Shown here in pieces: positions 11,285 through 20,269 of a DNA stretch of 64,000 bases. The stretch covers positions 3,513-67,512 of the forward strand of contig CACJWQ010000006.1 of assembly GCA_902597015.1 (NCBI GenBank), read 5' to 3'. Source of the stretch: an uncultured Alphaproteobacteria bacterium (GTDB lineage Bacteria > Pseudomonadota > Alphaproteobacteria > HIMB59 > GCA-002718135). How positions within the stretch are numbered: position 1 is the stretch's first letter; every line of letters starts with the position of its first letter. Under the pieces are notes generated by a model. It was not told where the DNA came from and searched no databases. It was given only the letters and a program-made list of their open reading frames with translations. Made by a program: the position numbers and the translations under genes.

Positions 11285-12298
11285 ATGTCTGATAGGCAAG
11301 TAGTAATTGCCATAGATGCAATGGGGGGCGAAAATAGTCCATTCAAAGTTTTGAAGGGTGCAGAAATATTTATTGAAAAAGAAAAAGATACCAAAATTGT
11401 TTTCTTTGGAGATCAAGAATTAATAAATCAAACAATTAAAAAAAATAATATAAAATTATATGATTATGAAGTTATAAATACTTTAGATATTATTTCTGAT
11501 GAAGATAATGTTAATACCATTCTTAGATCGAAAAAAAATAGCAGTATATTTAAAGCATTGGAATTTTCAAAAAACATACCAAATTCTGGTTTTGTTTCCT
11601 CTGGGAGTACAGCTGCTATAATGATTCTTTCTAGACTTCATATGGGAATGATTGAGGGTATAGATAGGCCGGCAATTTGCTCTTTAGTGCCAAATAAAAA
11701 AAATTTTTCACTCATGTTAGATTTGGGTGCAAACGTTACCGTTAGTGGTTCTAATTTATTGCAATTTGCCTTGATGGGTTTTTGTTATTATTCAATCATT
11801 AATAAAAATACTAAACCAAAAATAGGCATTTTAAATATTGGTACAGAAAATAATAAAGGTTTAGAGTTTCTGCAAGAGGCTGCTGATTTAATACAATCTA
11901 GCTTTCTAAAAGAATACTATATTGGTTTTATTGAGCCCAATAAAATTACATCAGGGAATTGTGATATAATTATTTCTGATGGCTATACAGGAAATATTGT
12001 CCTTAAATCAGCAGAGGGTATATCAAATTTTATAACTTCAAATTTAAAGGATATTTTTTCCAAATCTCTAAAAAATAAAATTTCTTATAAATTGATAGAA
12101 AAAGATTTAAATATTTTAAAAAATCAAGTTAATCCTGATATTTATAATGGTGCAACGCTTATAGGTTTGAACGGTATATCTGTAAAAAGTCATGGAAATG
12201 CAAATCCAATAGCTTTTAGTTATGCATTGAACCAATGTCATAATTTTATTACTAATGACCTAAATAAAAAAATAATTCAATCTATTAAAAATGTATGA
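11285..12298 (+). CDS. plsX: Phosphate acyltransferase PlsX
   Basis: IAIDAMGGE, IDRPAI, LDLGAN, DGYTGNIVLK, VKSHG. Confidence 0.95.
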   Translation: MSDRQVVIAIDAMGGENSPFKVLKGAEIFIEKEKDTKIVFFGDQELINQTIKKNNIKLYDYEVINTLDIISDEDNVNTILRSKKNSSIFKALEFSKNIPNSGFVSSGSTAAIMILSRLHMGMIEGIDRPAICSLVPNKKNFSLMLDLGANVTVSGSNLLQFALMGFCYYSIINKNTKPKIGILNIGTENNKGLEFLQEAADLIQSSFLKEYYIGFIEPNKITSGNCDIIISDGYTGNIVLKSAEGISNFITSNLKDIFSKSLKNKISYKLIEKDLNILKNQVNPDIYNGATLIGLNGISVKSHGNANPIAFSYALNQCHNFITNDLNKKIIQSIKNV

Positions 12299-12603
12299 AT
12301 AATAAACAAAATATTTCAAGAGATGAAATAGCTGAAGCAATTCAGGCTGATTTTGGTTTTAATAAAAAATTATGCTTAGATATAGTTAATGATATAATTG
12401 AAATTGTGATTGAAGGTCTTCAATCAGATAAAAAAGTAAAAATTCATAATTTTGGAACTTTTATTCTTAATAAAAAAAATAGTAGAATTGGTAGAAATCC
12501 TAAAACAAAAGTAGAATATAATATCCCTAGTAGAAATGTTATAACCTTTAAAGCAAGTAAAGTTTTATTGAAATATGTTAATAACAAAACTAATGATAAA
12601 TAA
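12295..12603 (+). CDS. ihfA: Integration host factor alpha subunit
   Basis: NFGTF, GRNPKT, VITFKAS; synteny. Confidence 0.88.
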   Translation: MNNKQNISRDEIAEAIQADFGFNKKLCLDIVNDIIEIVIEGLQSDKKVKIHNFGTFILNKKNSRIGRNPKTKVEYNIPSRNVITFKASKVLLKYVNNKTNDK

Positions 12604-12976
12604 AAAATATTTAAATATATCAGAAGTTTCAAAAATGCTTCAAATTGAAGAGCACAAAATCAGATATTGGGATTCATTAGATCCTAAAACAAGGAAATAT
12701 AGAGTTGAGGGAATATCTACTAAAAGTAAAGGGGGGACCAGATACTTCAATAAAGAAAATATTAGAAAGCTACAAAAACTTAAAAATATACTTTATGATG
12801 GAGATAATCATAATTACTCAATAAAACTGGCAGATAAAATATTAACCTCTAATAACAAAATTCCTATTAACAAAGATCAAAATAGATCAGATAATCAACA
12901 TCAATATAATGTTAAAAAAATAGAACAGATTCTTAATAAAATGAGATTATTGTTGAAAAACAATACTGATAATTAG
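12593..12976 (+). CDS. MerR-family HTH regulator (ihfA-associated)
   Basis: YLNISEVSKMLQIEEHKIRYWD...RYF HTH; conserved ihfA-merR pairing. Confidence 0.8.
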   Translation: MINKKYLNISEVSKMLQIEEHKIRYWDSLDPKTRKYRVEGISTKSKGGTRYFNKENIRKLQKLKNILYDGDNHNYSIKLADKILTSNNKIPINKDQNRSDNQHQYNVKKIEQILNKMRLLLKNNTDN

Positions 12977-13132
12977 TTTACAAAAAAAAAATACATATAT
13001 TTCAATAACTTATTTAAATTATTTATACAAAAAATAAGAAAAAAAAAGTTATTTTTAATGTTTTATTTGTCCGTCAATTAAAATATATGAAGCACATCTT
13101 ATTAGTAAGGAAACAAACTATAAGGAGTTTTT

Positions 13133-13897
13133 ATGTTAAATAAGACTAGTCTATTAGGTATCATTGCTGCTACAATAGCTTTTATTGCTGTTCCAGCATT
13201 TGCTGCCGATACTTTCTTAGGTGAAGGTGATTTTGTAGGTATTACATTCTGGATTGTATCAATTGGAATGTGGGCATCTACTATTTTCTTCTTTTATGAA
13301 GGTATGAGAGTTTCTTCAAAATGGAGAACTTCAATGGTTGTTGCAGGGCTAATTACTTTTATTGCTGCTGTACACTACATGTATATGAGAGACTTTTGGG
13401 TTGCTACAGGTGAGTCACCAACAGTATATAGATATATTGATTGGATCTTAACTGTTCCACTTCAAATGGTTGAATTCTTTTTAATTCTAGTTGCTGCCGG
13501 CGCAGCTGTATCTAGTGGCGCTTTCTATAGATTGCTCATTGGTACACTTGTAATGATAGTTGGTGGTTACCTTGGAGAAGCAGGTCATATTTCAGTATTA
13601 CTTGGTTTCATCATTGGTATGATCGGTTGGGCTGTAATCATTTGGGAAATTTTCCGAGGTGAAGCAAGTCAAGCTGCTACAACTAAAGAATCAGTAACTT
13701 CTGCATTTAATGCAATGAGATTAATTGTATTAGTTGGTTGGGCAATTTATCCTCTAGGATATGTATTTGGTTTAATGATGGGTTCAGTTGATGCTGATAC
13801 CCTAAACTGGATCTACAACCTTGCAGATTTTATTAATAAAATCTTATTCGGTTTAATTATCTGGAATGCTGCTGCGAAAGACTCAGCTACTGCATAA
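13133..13897 (+). CDS. Proteorhodopsin, DTE proton pump, Gln at spectral tuning site (blue-type)
   Basis: Signal peptide, HYMYMR, RYIDWILTVPLQMVE, YNLADFINK retinal lysine; AAGGAG RBS. Confidence 0.96.
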   Translation: MLNKTSLLGIIAATIAFIAVPAFAADTFLGEGDFVGITFWIVSIGMWASTIFFFYEGMRVSSKWRTSMVVAGLITFIAAVHYMYMRDFWVATGESPTVYRYIDWILTVPLQMVEFFLILVAAGAAVSSGAFYRLLIGTLVMIVGGYLGEAGHISVLLGFIIGMIGWAVIIWEIFRGEASQAATTKESVTSAFNAMRLIVLVGWAIYPLGYVFGLMMGSVDADTLNWIYNLADFINKILFGLIIWNAAAKDSATA

Positions 13898-13917
13898 TTA
13901 AATATTTATAAAACTTT

Positions 13918-13947
13918 AAAAAAACCCTCTAATAGAGGGTTTTTTTT
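13918..13947 (+). terminator. Intrinsic terminator after proteorhodopsin (potentially bidirectional)
   Basis: AAAAAAACCCTCT-AAT-AGAGGGTTTTTTTT hairpin flanked by A and T tracts. Confidence 0.88.
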
Positions 13948-13956
13948 ATTAAATTA

Positions 13957-13985
13957 TTGACTTAATTTTTCAATATATGTATTTG
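13957..13985 (+). promoter_or_regulatory. Putative sigma70 promoter for rplM-rpsI
   Basis: TTGACT-17 nt-TATTTG just downstream of the terminator and 8 nt upstream of rplM ATG. Confidence 0.4.
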
Positions 13986-13993
13986 GGCACGCG

Positions 13994-14452
13994 ATGAAAA
14001 CATTCTCTTTAAAAAAAAGCGATATTAAGAAAAAGTGGGTATTAATTGATGCCAAAGATGCAGTTTTAGGGAGACTTGCTGTTATTTCTGCAAATATATT
14101 AAGAGGTAAAAATAAGCCTGAATATACCCCCAACCAAGATTGTGGTGATAATTTGATTATAATCAATTCTGATAAAATTCATCTAAAAGGAAAAAAAGCT
14201 GAGAATAAAGTATATTACAGACACACTGGATATCCAGGAGGTATAAAAGAGACAACTCCTAATAAAATGAAGGAAAAAAACAAATCTGATGAAATGATCA
14301 AACTTGCAATAAAAAGAATGATACCTAGTGGTCCCCTAGGAAAAAAACAATTATCCAATTGCAAGATATATAGAGATGAAAATCATAAGCATGAAGCTCA
14401 AAACCCTCAAGCCATTGATATAGAATCAATGAATACTAAGAATAAAATCTAA
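13994..14452 (+). CDS. rplM: 50S ribosomal protein L13
   Basis: [32 protein letters not shown]. Confidence 0.98.
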   Translation: MKTFSLKKSDIKKKWVLIDAKDAVLGRLAVISANILRGKNKPEYTPNQDCGDNLIIINSDKIHLKGKKAENKVYYRHTGYPGGIKETTPNKMKEKNKSDEMIKLAIKRMIPSGPLGKKQLSNCKIYRDENHKHEAQNPQAIDIESMNTKNKI

Positions 14453-14454
14453 CT

Positions 14455-14883
14455 ATGGAAAATCAAGAAAATCAAACTGAAAATATCTTAGATAATAAAG
14501 AAAGAGCTTACGCAACTGGAAAACGAAAAAACTCCATTGCTAGAGTATGGTTAAAAAGAGGTAGCGGAGAAATTAAAATCAATGGCAAACCCCTAGATAA
14601 ATACTTTTCAAGACCCGTACTGCAAATGATCGTTAATCAGCCCTTAGATGTAGTTAAAGCTGACAATTCATATGAGATTATGGCTTCAGTTAAAGGCGGA
14701 GGTCTTTCTGGTCAAGCCGGCGCTATTAGACATGGTATTAGCAAAGCATTAAGCTTATACGATCAGTCAAATAGACCACCTCTCAAAAAAGTTGGTTTTC
14801 TTACGAGGGATTCAAGAGTTGTTGAAAGAAAAAAAGCTGGTTTAGCTAAAGCCAGACGAAGTTACCAATTCTCTAAGAGATAA
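14455..14883 (+). CDS. rpsI: 30S ribosomal protein S9
   Basis: [25 protein letters not shown]. Confidence 0.98.
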   Translation: MENQENQTENILDNKERAYATGKRKNSIARVWLKRGSGEIKINGKPLDKYFSRPVLQMIVNQPLDVVKADNSYEIMASVKGGGLSGQAGAIRHGISKALSLYDQSNRPPLKKVGFLTRDSRVVERKKAGLAKARRSYQFSKR

Positions 14884-14889
14884 ATTTTC

Positions 14890-15918
14890 ATGAAAAATAA
14901 GTTTAAAGTAGCCGTTTTAGGCTCAACAGGCTATGTTGGAATGGAGTTGGTCAAAATTCTTTCAAATCATTCTTTCGTAGATATAAATTTTTTAGGATCA
15001 GAAACTATTCATGGGAGTTATCTAAATAATATTGATAATACAAAAGAATATAATCAACTTCCTCTTTTAAAACCGAATGATAGTTTTAATGCTGAAGATA
15101 GTGATTATGTATTCTTAGCTTTACCTCATGCAGTATCAAATAAGTATGTAAAAAAATATTTTGATAAAATTAATATTATAGATTTATCAGCTGACTTTAG
15201 ATTAGATAATTTTGATATATATAAAGAAAATTATGGCATTGAACATCAGTGTAAAGAGCATTTAAACAATTTTATTTACGGTCTCGCTGAAATAAATAGA
15301 GATTTAATACAAAATTCTAAAAATATAGCGGTACCTGGATGTTATCCAACTTCTGTTTTATTGCCATTAATACCTTTAATAAAAAATAAATTAATTGATA
15401 CCGAGAATATAATTATTGACTCTAAATCAGGTTATAGTGGAGCAGGAAAAAAATTTGATTTTAATAAAATGAAATCAAAAAATGATTATAATTTTTACAA
15501 TTATAATACAAATAATCACAGACATATTGCAGAAATTAAACAAGAACTTAATAAACATAGTTCAGAAAATGAAGTAAAGTTTTCATTTAATCCTCATATT
15601 CTTCCTAATTTTAGAGGTATGATTTCTACAATATATTGCAATCTCAATAATAGTATTAAAAAAACTGATGTGATAAATTTATTCAAAGACTTACAAAAAT
15701 TAAATCCTTTTATAAAATATATTGATAATGATGAAATCCTTGATTTTTTTTCTATTCAAAATTCTAATTATTGTAAAATTAAAATTTTTAATCATCATAG
15801 TGAGAATAAAATTATCATTGTTAGCGCAATAGATAACCTAATCAAAGGTGCAGCTGGTCAAGCAGTACAATGCTTTAATATAGTAGAAAATATTGAAGAA
15901 ACAGTATCTTTAGTATGA
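14890..15918 (+). CDS. argC: N-acetyl-gamma-glutamyl-phosphate reductase
   Basis: GSTGYVG, DLSADFR, PGCYPT, SGYSGAG, DNLIKGAAGQA. Confidence 0.96.
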   Translation: MKNKFKVAVLGSTGYVGMELVKILSNHSFVDINFLGSETIHGSYLNNIDNTKEYNQLPLLKPNDSFNAEDSDYVFLALPHAVSNKYVKKYFDKINIIDLSADFRLDNFDIYKENYGIEHQCKEHLNNFIYGLAEINRDLIQNSKNIAVPGCYPTSVLLPLIPLIKNKLIDTENIIIDSKSGYSGAGKKFDFNKMKSKNDYNFYNYNTNNHRHIAEIKQELNKHSSENEVKFSFNPHILPNFRGMISTIYCNLNNSIKKTDVINLFKDLQKLNPFIKYIDNDEILDFFSIQNSNYCKIKIFNHHSENKIIIVSAIDNLIKGAAGQAVQCFNIVENIEETVSLV

Positions 15919-16100
15919 TTAAATATTTTACAGTTTCCCTTCTTTTTCTTTTTATTGTTTCATGTGGATATCCTGATATTGATAATGTTCCTGATTTTAA
16001 AGACGCCAAATTAACTGATGAAGAATTATTAGATTATTGTAGTATTTCTAATACTGATAAAAAAGATATAGATAAATGTATTAATGATTATAAAAGTTAA
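15915..16100 (+). CDS. Small hypothetical lipoprotein
   Basis: Hydrophobic signal with lipobox IVSC; overlaps argC stop; acidic body with two further Cys. Confidence 0.6.
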   Translation: MIKYFTVSLLFLFIVSCGYPDIDNVPDFKDAKLTDEELLDYCSISNTDKKDIDKCINDYKS

Positions 16101-16108
16101 ATTTAGTT

Positions 16109-17407
16109 ATGAGTAAACTTAATATTGGTATAGCGGGATTGGGAAATGTTGGATCAGCACTAGTTGAAACAATTGAAGAAAATAAAAATTATTTCTTTGA
16201 TAAAACAGATGTAGAATTCAACATAATTGGAATATCTGCAAGAACAAAAAATAAAAAAAGAAATTTTAATATATCAAATTATACTTGGTATGATGACCCA
16301 AGAGAAATGTCTAAAGATGATAATTGTAATGTAATTGTTGAATTAATTGGTGAAGAAAAAGGAATTAGCTATGAAATTATTGAAACAGCATTAAAAAATA
16401 AAAAACATGTTGTAACAGGAAATAAAGCATTAATAGCTAATCATGGAAAAGAATTATTTAAATTAGCTAACACACATTCACTAGCTTTATCATATGAAGC
16501 TGCAGTTGCAGGAGGTATACCAGTAATAAAAACAATAAAAAATTCTATTAGTTTAGATAGAATTAATAAAATTTCTGGGATTTTAAATGGAACTACAAAT
16601 TACATTTTAACAAAAATGCAACAAGATAATTTGTCCTTTGATGCAGTTCTTAAAATTGCTAAAGATAAAGGATTTACTTCCGATCAGGAATCAAAATTAG
16701 ACATTGGAGGATATGATGCGGCGCACAAGTTAACAATATTATCAACTCTATGTTTTAAATCAAATTTAAACTTTAATAATAATTATATTGAAGGAATCTC
16801 AAATATTAAAATTGAAGATATTAATTTTGCTGAAAAATTAGGGTATAAGATAAAATTAATATCTGAAGCTTGCATAATTGAAGGAAAGATTTCAAACTTT
16901 ACTTCACCAAAATTAGTTTCAATAGATAATCCCTTAGCAAGTGTTGATAATGCTCTTAATGCAATTAATATTGAAACTATACATCTAGAAAATTTATTTT
17001 TAGAGGGTGAAGGAGCAGGGGGGAAGCCAACTGCCAGCTCTGTCTTGTCTGATTTATATGATATATCTCAGAACGAAAAATTTGATAATTTAGGTTTTAA
17101 AATTGATAAGTTACAAAGTTTTGAAAAATATTCAGTAGAAAATGTAATTAATAGTTATTACCTAAGAATAATGACAGAAGACAAACCTGGAGTTCTTTCG
17201 TCAATTACTAATTACTTTAGTGATTTTGATATATCTGTTAAAAAAATACTTCAACTTCCTGAGAATTCAGAAGTAGACAAACCTATACCTATTATAATAA
17301 CTACTCATAATATTCAGAAAGAAAAATTAAGTAATGTAATTAATAAAATTGAAGGTTTAGAATTTGTTAAAGAAAAAATTACTGTACTTGCTATTCATGA
17401 CAATTAA
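16109..17407 (+). CDS. hom: Homoserine dehydrogenase with ACT domain
   Basis: GLGNVG, VTGNKA, YEAAVAGGIP, NGTTNYIL, DAAHK, C-terminal DKPGVL. Confidence 0.96.
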   Translation: MSKLNIGIAGLGNVGSALVETIEENKNYFFDKTDVEFNIIGISARTKNKKRNFNISNYTWYDDPREMSKDDNCNVIVELIGEEKGISYEIIETALKNKKHVVTGNKALIANHGKELFKLANTHSLALSYEAAVAGGIPVIKTIKNSISLDRINKISGILNGTTNYILTKMQQDNLSFDAVLKIAKDKGFTSDQESKLDIGGYDAAHKLTILSTLCFKSNLNFNNNYIEGISNIKIEDINFAEKLGYKIKLISEACIIEGKISNFTSPKLVSIDNPLASVDNALNAINIETIHLENLFLEGEGAGGKPTASSVLSDLYDISQNEKFDNLGFKIDKLQSFEKYSVENVINSYYLRIMTEDKPGVLSSITNYFSDFDISVKKILQLPENSEVDKPIPIIITTHNIQKEKLSNVINKIEGLEFVKEKITVLAIHDN

Positions 17408-17412
17408 TTAAT

Positions 17413-19158
17413 GTGAATATTGAAAAATCACTATCTGATAAAATTTGGGAAGAAAAGCAAATAGATTTTAAGCACATTCAAGCTCTTTCACAAAAAAAAT
17501 CAATTTCTGAAATTTTTTCAAAACTTCTAATTTCAAGAGGTGTCTTTGAAGAAAATTATGATAACTATATAAATCCTAATCTTTTAAATAATCTTCCAGA
17601 TCCTTTTGAACTTAAAGATATGAAAAAAGGAATTGAAAGATGTATTGAGGCTTTAAAAAACAATGAAAAGATAGGAATAATCGCTGATTATGATGTTGAT
17701 GGATCCACCTCTGCTTCAATTTTATATAAATTTTTAAATAATTTTACCAATAATCTTATTTGTAAAATACCTAATAGATTATCGGAGGGCTATGGTCCAA
17801 ATATTAGACTTATGAATGAAATGCTTAATGAAAATATTACACTCTTGTTTACACTTGATTGTGGTACATCTGCATTTAACTCGATTGATTTGCCTAATTA
17901 CAATGGTATTGAAGTTATAGTTATAGATCATCATTTAAGTGAATTTAAACTTCCAAAAGTTCATTCTTTAATTAATCCAAATAGATTTGATGAAAACAAT
18001 GATTATAAAGATTTTGCTGCAGTAGCAGTAACATTTCTTTTTTTAATGGGTTTAAGAAAGCAAATTAGAGAAATAAAATTATTTCCAAATATAAAAGAAC
18101 CAAATTTAATGTCATATTTAGACTTAGTTGCTGTTGGAACAATTTGTGATATTGTTAATATTAACAATTACAATAGATCAATTGTTAGTAAAGGTCTGGA
18201 GCTCATTAGGAGTCGAAAAAATAAATCAATAACAAAAATATTAGATAACTCTAATATAAATCATGAACCTTTAGCTAAAGATATTGGTTTTGTCTTAGGA
18301 CCACAAATTAATGCTGCAAGTAGAATTGATGATTCTTCTTTATCCTCCAAACTTCTGATATCAAATGATGACTCTGAAATAGAAATTATTTCTAGAAAAC
18401 TATTTTTGATTAATGAAAAAAGAAAATTAATTGAACAAAATATTTTCAATGAAGCAATTGAGCAAATAAAAGATCAGGAAAATAAAAAATTTATTATTGT
18501 TTATAAGGAAAATTGGCACCAAGGTGTTTTAGGTATAGTTGCAAGCAAAATAGTAGCTCTTTATAATAAGCCAACATTTGTATTTTCTTTTATTAATAAT
18601 GTTGGATCTGGCTCAGGCAGATCTATAGATCAAATTGATATTGGTAGTATTGTTCTTGAACTTAAGGCTAATGATTTAATAGAAGATGGCGGTGGTCATA
18701 AAATGGCAGTAGGTTTAAAAATAAATAAAAAAAAATTAGATAAAATAGATAAATTTTTAGTTAAAAAATTTGATTCATATGATGAGAATTTTTTTGAAAA
18801 AAAAATATTTTATGACAGTGAAATTTCTGTAAATCAAATAAATAAAGATTTTTTAGATAATTTAGAATTATTAGAACCTCACGGTAAAGGTAATGAAGAA
18901 CCTCAATTTTTAATCAAAGATATAGTAATCGATCAGGTTAAAAATATAAAAAATAAACATATTTTAATTTTTTTTAAAAATGATTTAGGTGAAAATTTAA
19001 AAGGTATATCATTCAACAGTGTGAATACTCTTATTGGTGATTATCTTCTGAAGTTTAATAAATTTAAATTTCATATTTTGTGTTCTATTAAAAAAGATAA
19101 TTTCTCAAGTAGTCATATGCCTCAAATACTGATTCATGATGTAAAAGTAATTAATTAA
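17413..19158 (+). CDS. recJ: ssDNA exonuclease RecJ
   Basis: DYDVDG, LDCG, DHH, GSGRS, GGGH motifs; GTG start. Confidence 0.94.
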   Translation: MNIEKSLSDKIWEEKQIDFKHIQALSQKKSISEIFSKLLISRGVFEENYDNYINPNLLNNLPDPFELKDMKKGIERCIEALKNNEKIGIIADYDVDGSTSASILYKFLNNFTNNLICKIPNRLSEGYGPNIRLMNEMLNENITLLFTLDCGTSAFNSIDLPNYNGIEVIVIDHHLSEFKLPKVHSLINPNRFDENNDYKDFAAVAVTFLFLMGLRKQIREIKLFPNIKEPNLMSYLDLVAVGTICDIVNINNYNRSIVSKGLELIRSRKNKSITKILDNSNINHEPLAKDIGFVLGPQINAASRIDDSSLSSKLLISNDDSEIEIISRKLFLINEKRKLIEQNIFNEAIEQIKDQENKKFIIVYKENWHQGVLGIVASKIVALYNKPTFVFSFINNVGSGSGRSIDQIDIGSIVLELKANDLIEDGGGHKMAVGLKINKKKLDKIDKFLVKKFDSYDENFFEKKIFYDSEISVNQINKDFLDNLELLEPHGKGNEEPQFLIKDIVIDQVKNIKNKHILIFFKNDLGENLKGISFNSVNTLIGDYLLKFNKFKFHILCSIKKDNFSSSHMPQILIHDVKVIN

Positions 19159-19202
19159 ATAATTTGAAAAAAAACAAAATATCTACTATATACCAATCAT
19201 GT

Positions 19203-19277
19203 GTCCCCTTCGTCTATCGGTTAGGACATCAGGTTTTCATCCTGAAAAGAGGAGTTCGACTCTCCTAGGGGATGCCA
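19203..19277 (+). tRNA. tRNA-Glu(TTC)
   Basis: Cloverleaf GTCCCCT...AGGGGAT-G-CCA, anticodon loop TTTTCAT, GTTCGAC T-loop. Confidence 0.96.
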
Positions 19278-19282
19278 CTAAT

Positions 19283-20269
19283 CTAGGGGCAAAGAATTAT
19301 TGACCCTACTGAATTCCTTGACTGAATTAACTCATGAGCTTGACTAGCTTCGGATAATTTAAGTTTTTTAAATATATTAGGCTTAATTTCTTTATTTTTT
19401 ATTTTTGAAAATAATTTGTTACTGCATTCTTCTAGCTCTTCTGAATTACGAATATAATGCATTAATGTTGGTCTAGTATAATATAAACTTTTAGGATTAA
19501 ATGTACTGTGAAGATTTACATCATTTACCATTCCGGAAGATTGTCCAAAAGATACCATTAGTCCTCTAAATTTTAAGCATTTTAAAGATATATCAAACGT
19601 ATCTTTACCTACTCCATCATAAACAACATTAACTCCTTCATTGTTTGTTAATTGTAAAACATTACTATGAACATCCTCTTGTTTATAATTAATTGTGAAT
19701 TCACATCCATTTTTTTTTGCTAATGATGCTTTTTCATCAGTACTAACAGTCCCTATCATTTTAGCTCCTATGGATTTTGCCCATTGACTAGCAATTAATC
19801 CAACACCCCCTGCAGCTGCATGAAATAAAAAAACTTCATTTTTTTGCAATTTATACAATCTTTCAAAAAGGTATTCGACGGTCATTCCCTGCAATAATAT
19901 TGAAGCAGCTTCATCATTTGAAATATATTCTGGTAATTTAACAACTCTTCGAGCATCAAAATCTCTAACTTCACAATAAGCACCAATTGGAGGACTAAAG
20001 GAATACGCAACTCTATCGCCAACTTTTAAGTTCGATACATTATCTCCAATTTCTATAACATCTCCTGCTGCTTCAACTCCTAAACAAAAAGGGATTTCTA
20101 CAGGTAAAGGATATATTCCTGTTCTATGATACGTATCTATGTAGTTAATACCAATTGAAGTTTGGTTAATTCTGATCATATTTTCTTCAACATTTTTAGG
20201 TAAGTCATAGTTTTCATATTTTAAAACTTCTGGACCACCTAGTTTACTGACTATAACTCTATTTGGCAT
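19283..20269 (-). CDS. qor: NADPH:quinone oxidoreductase (MDR family)
   Basis: GGPEVL, GINYIDTYHRTG, HAAAGGVG, VVYDGVG, FGQSSG. Confidence 0.9.
   Translation of the reverse strand: MPNRVIVSKLGGPEVLKYENYDLPKNVEENMIRINQTSIGINYIDTYHRTGIYPLPVEIPFCLGVEAAGDVIEIGDNVSNLKVGDRVAYSFSPPIGAYCEVRDFDARRVVKLPEYISNDEAASILLQGMTVEYLFERLYKLQKNEVFLFHAAAGGVGLIASQWAKSIGAKMIGTVSTDEKASLAKKNGCEFTINYKQEDVHSNVLQLTNNEGVNVVYDGVGKDTFDISLKCLKFRGLMVSFGQSSGMVNDVNLHSTFNPKSLYYTRPTLMHYIRNSEELEECSNKLFSKIKNKEIKPNIFKKLKLSEASQAHELIQSRNSVGSIILCP

Noticed and set aside
12593-12976. MerR regulator next to proteorhodopsin as a possible LitR/CarH light sensor
   Set aside because: No B12-binding domain is visible; it is the conserved ihfA-linked MerR protein
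12977-13132. Relatively long AT-rich spacer before proteorhodopsin as a possible ncRNA or riboswitch
   Set aside because: No stable GC-containing stems or known motifs; consistent with a plain promoter region
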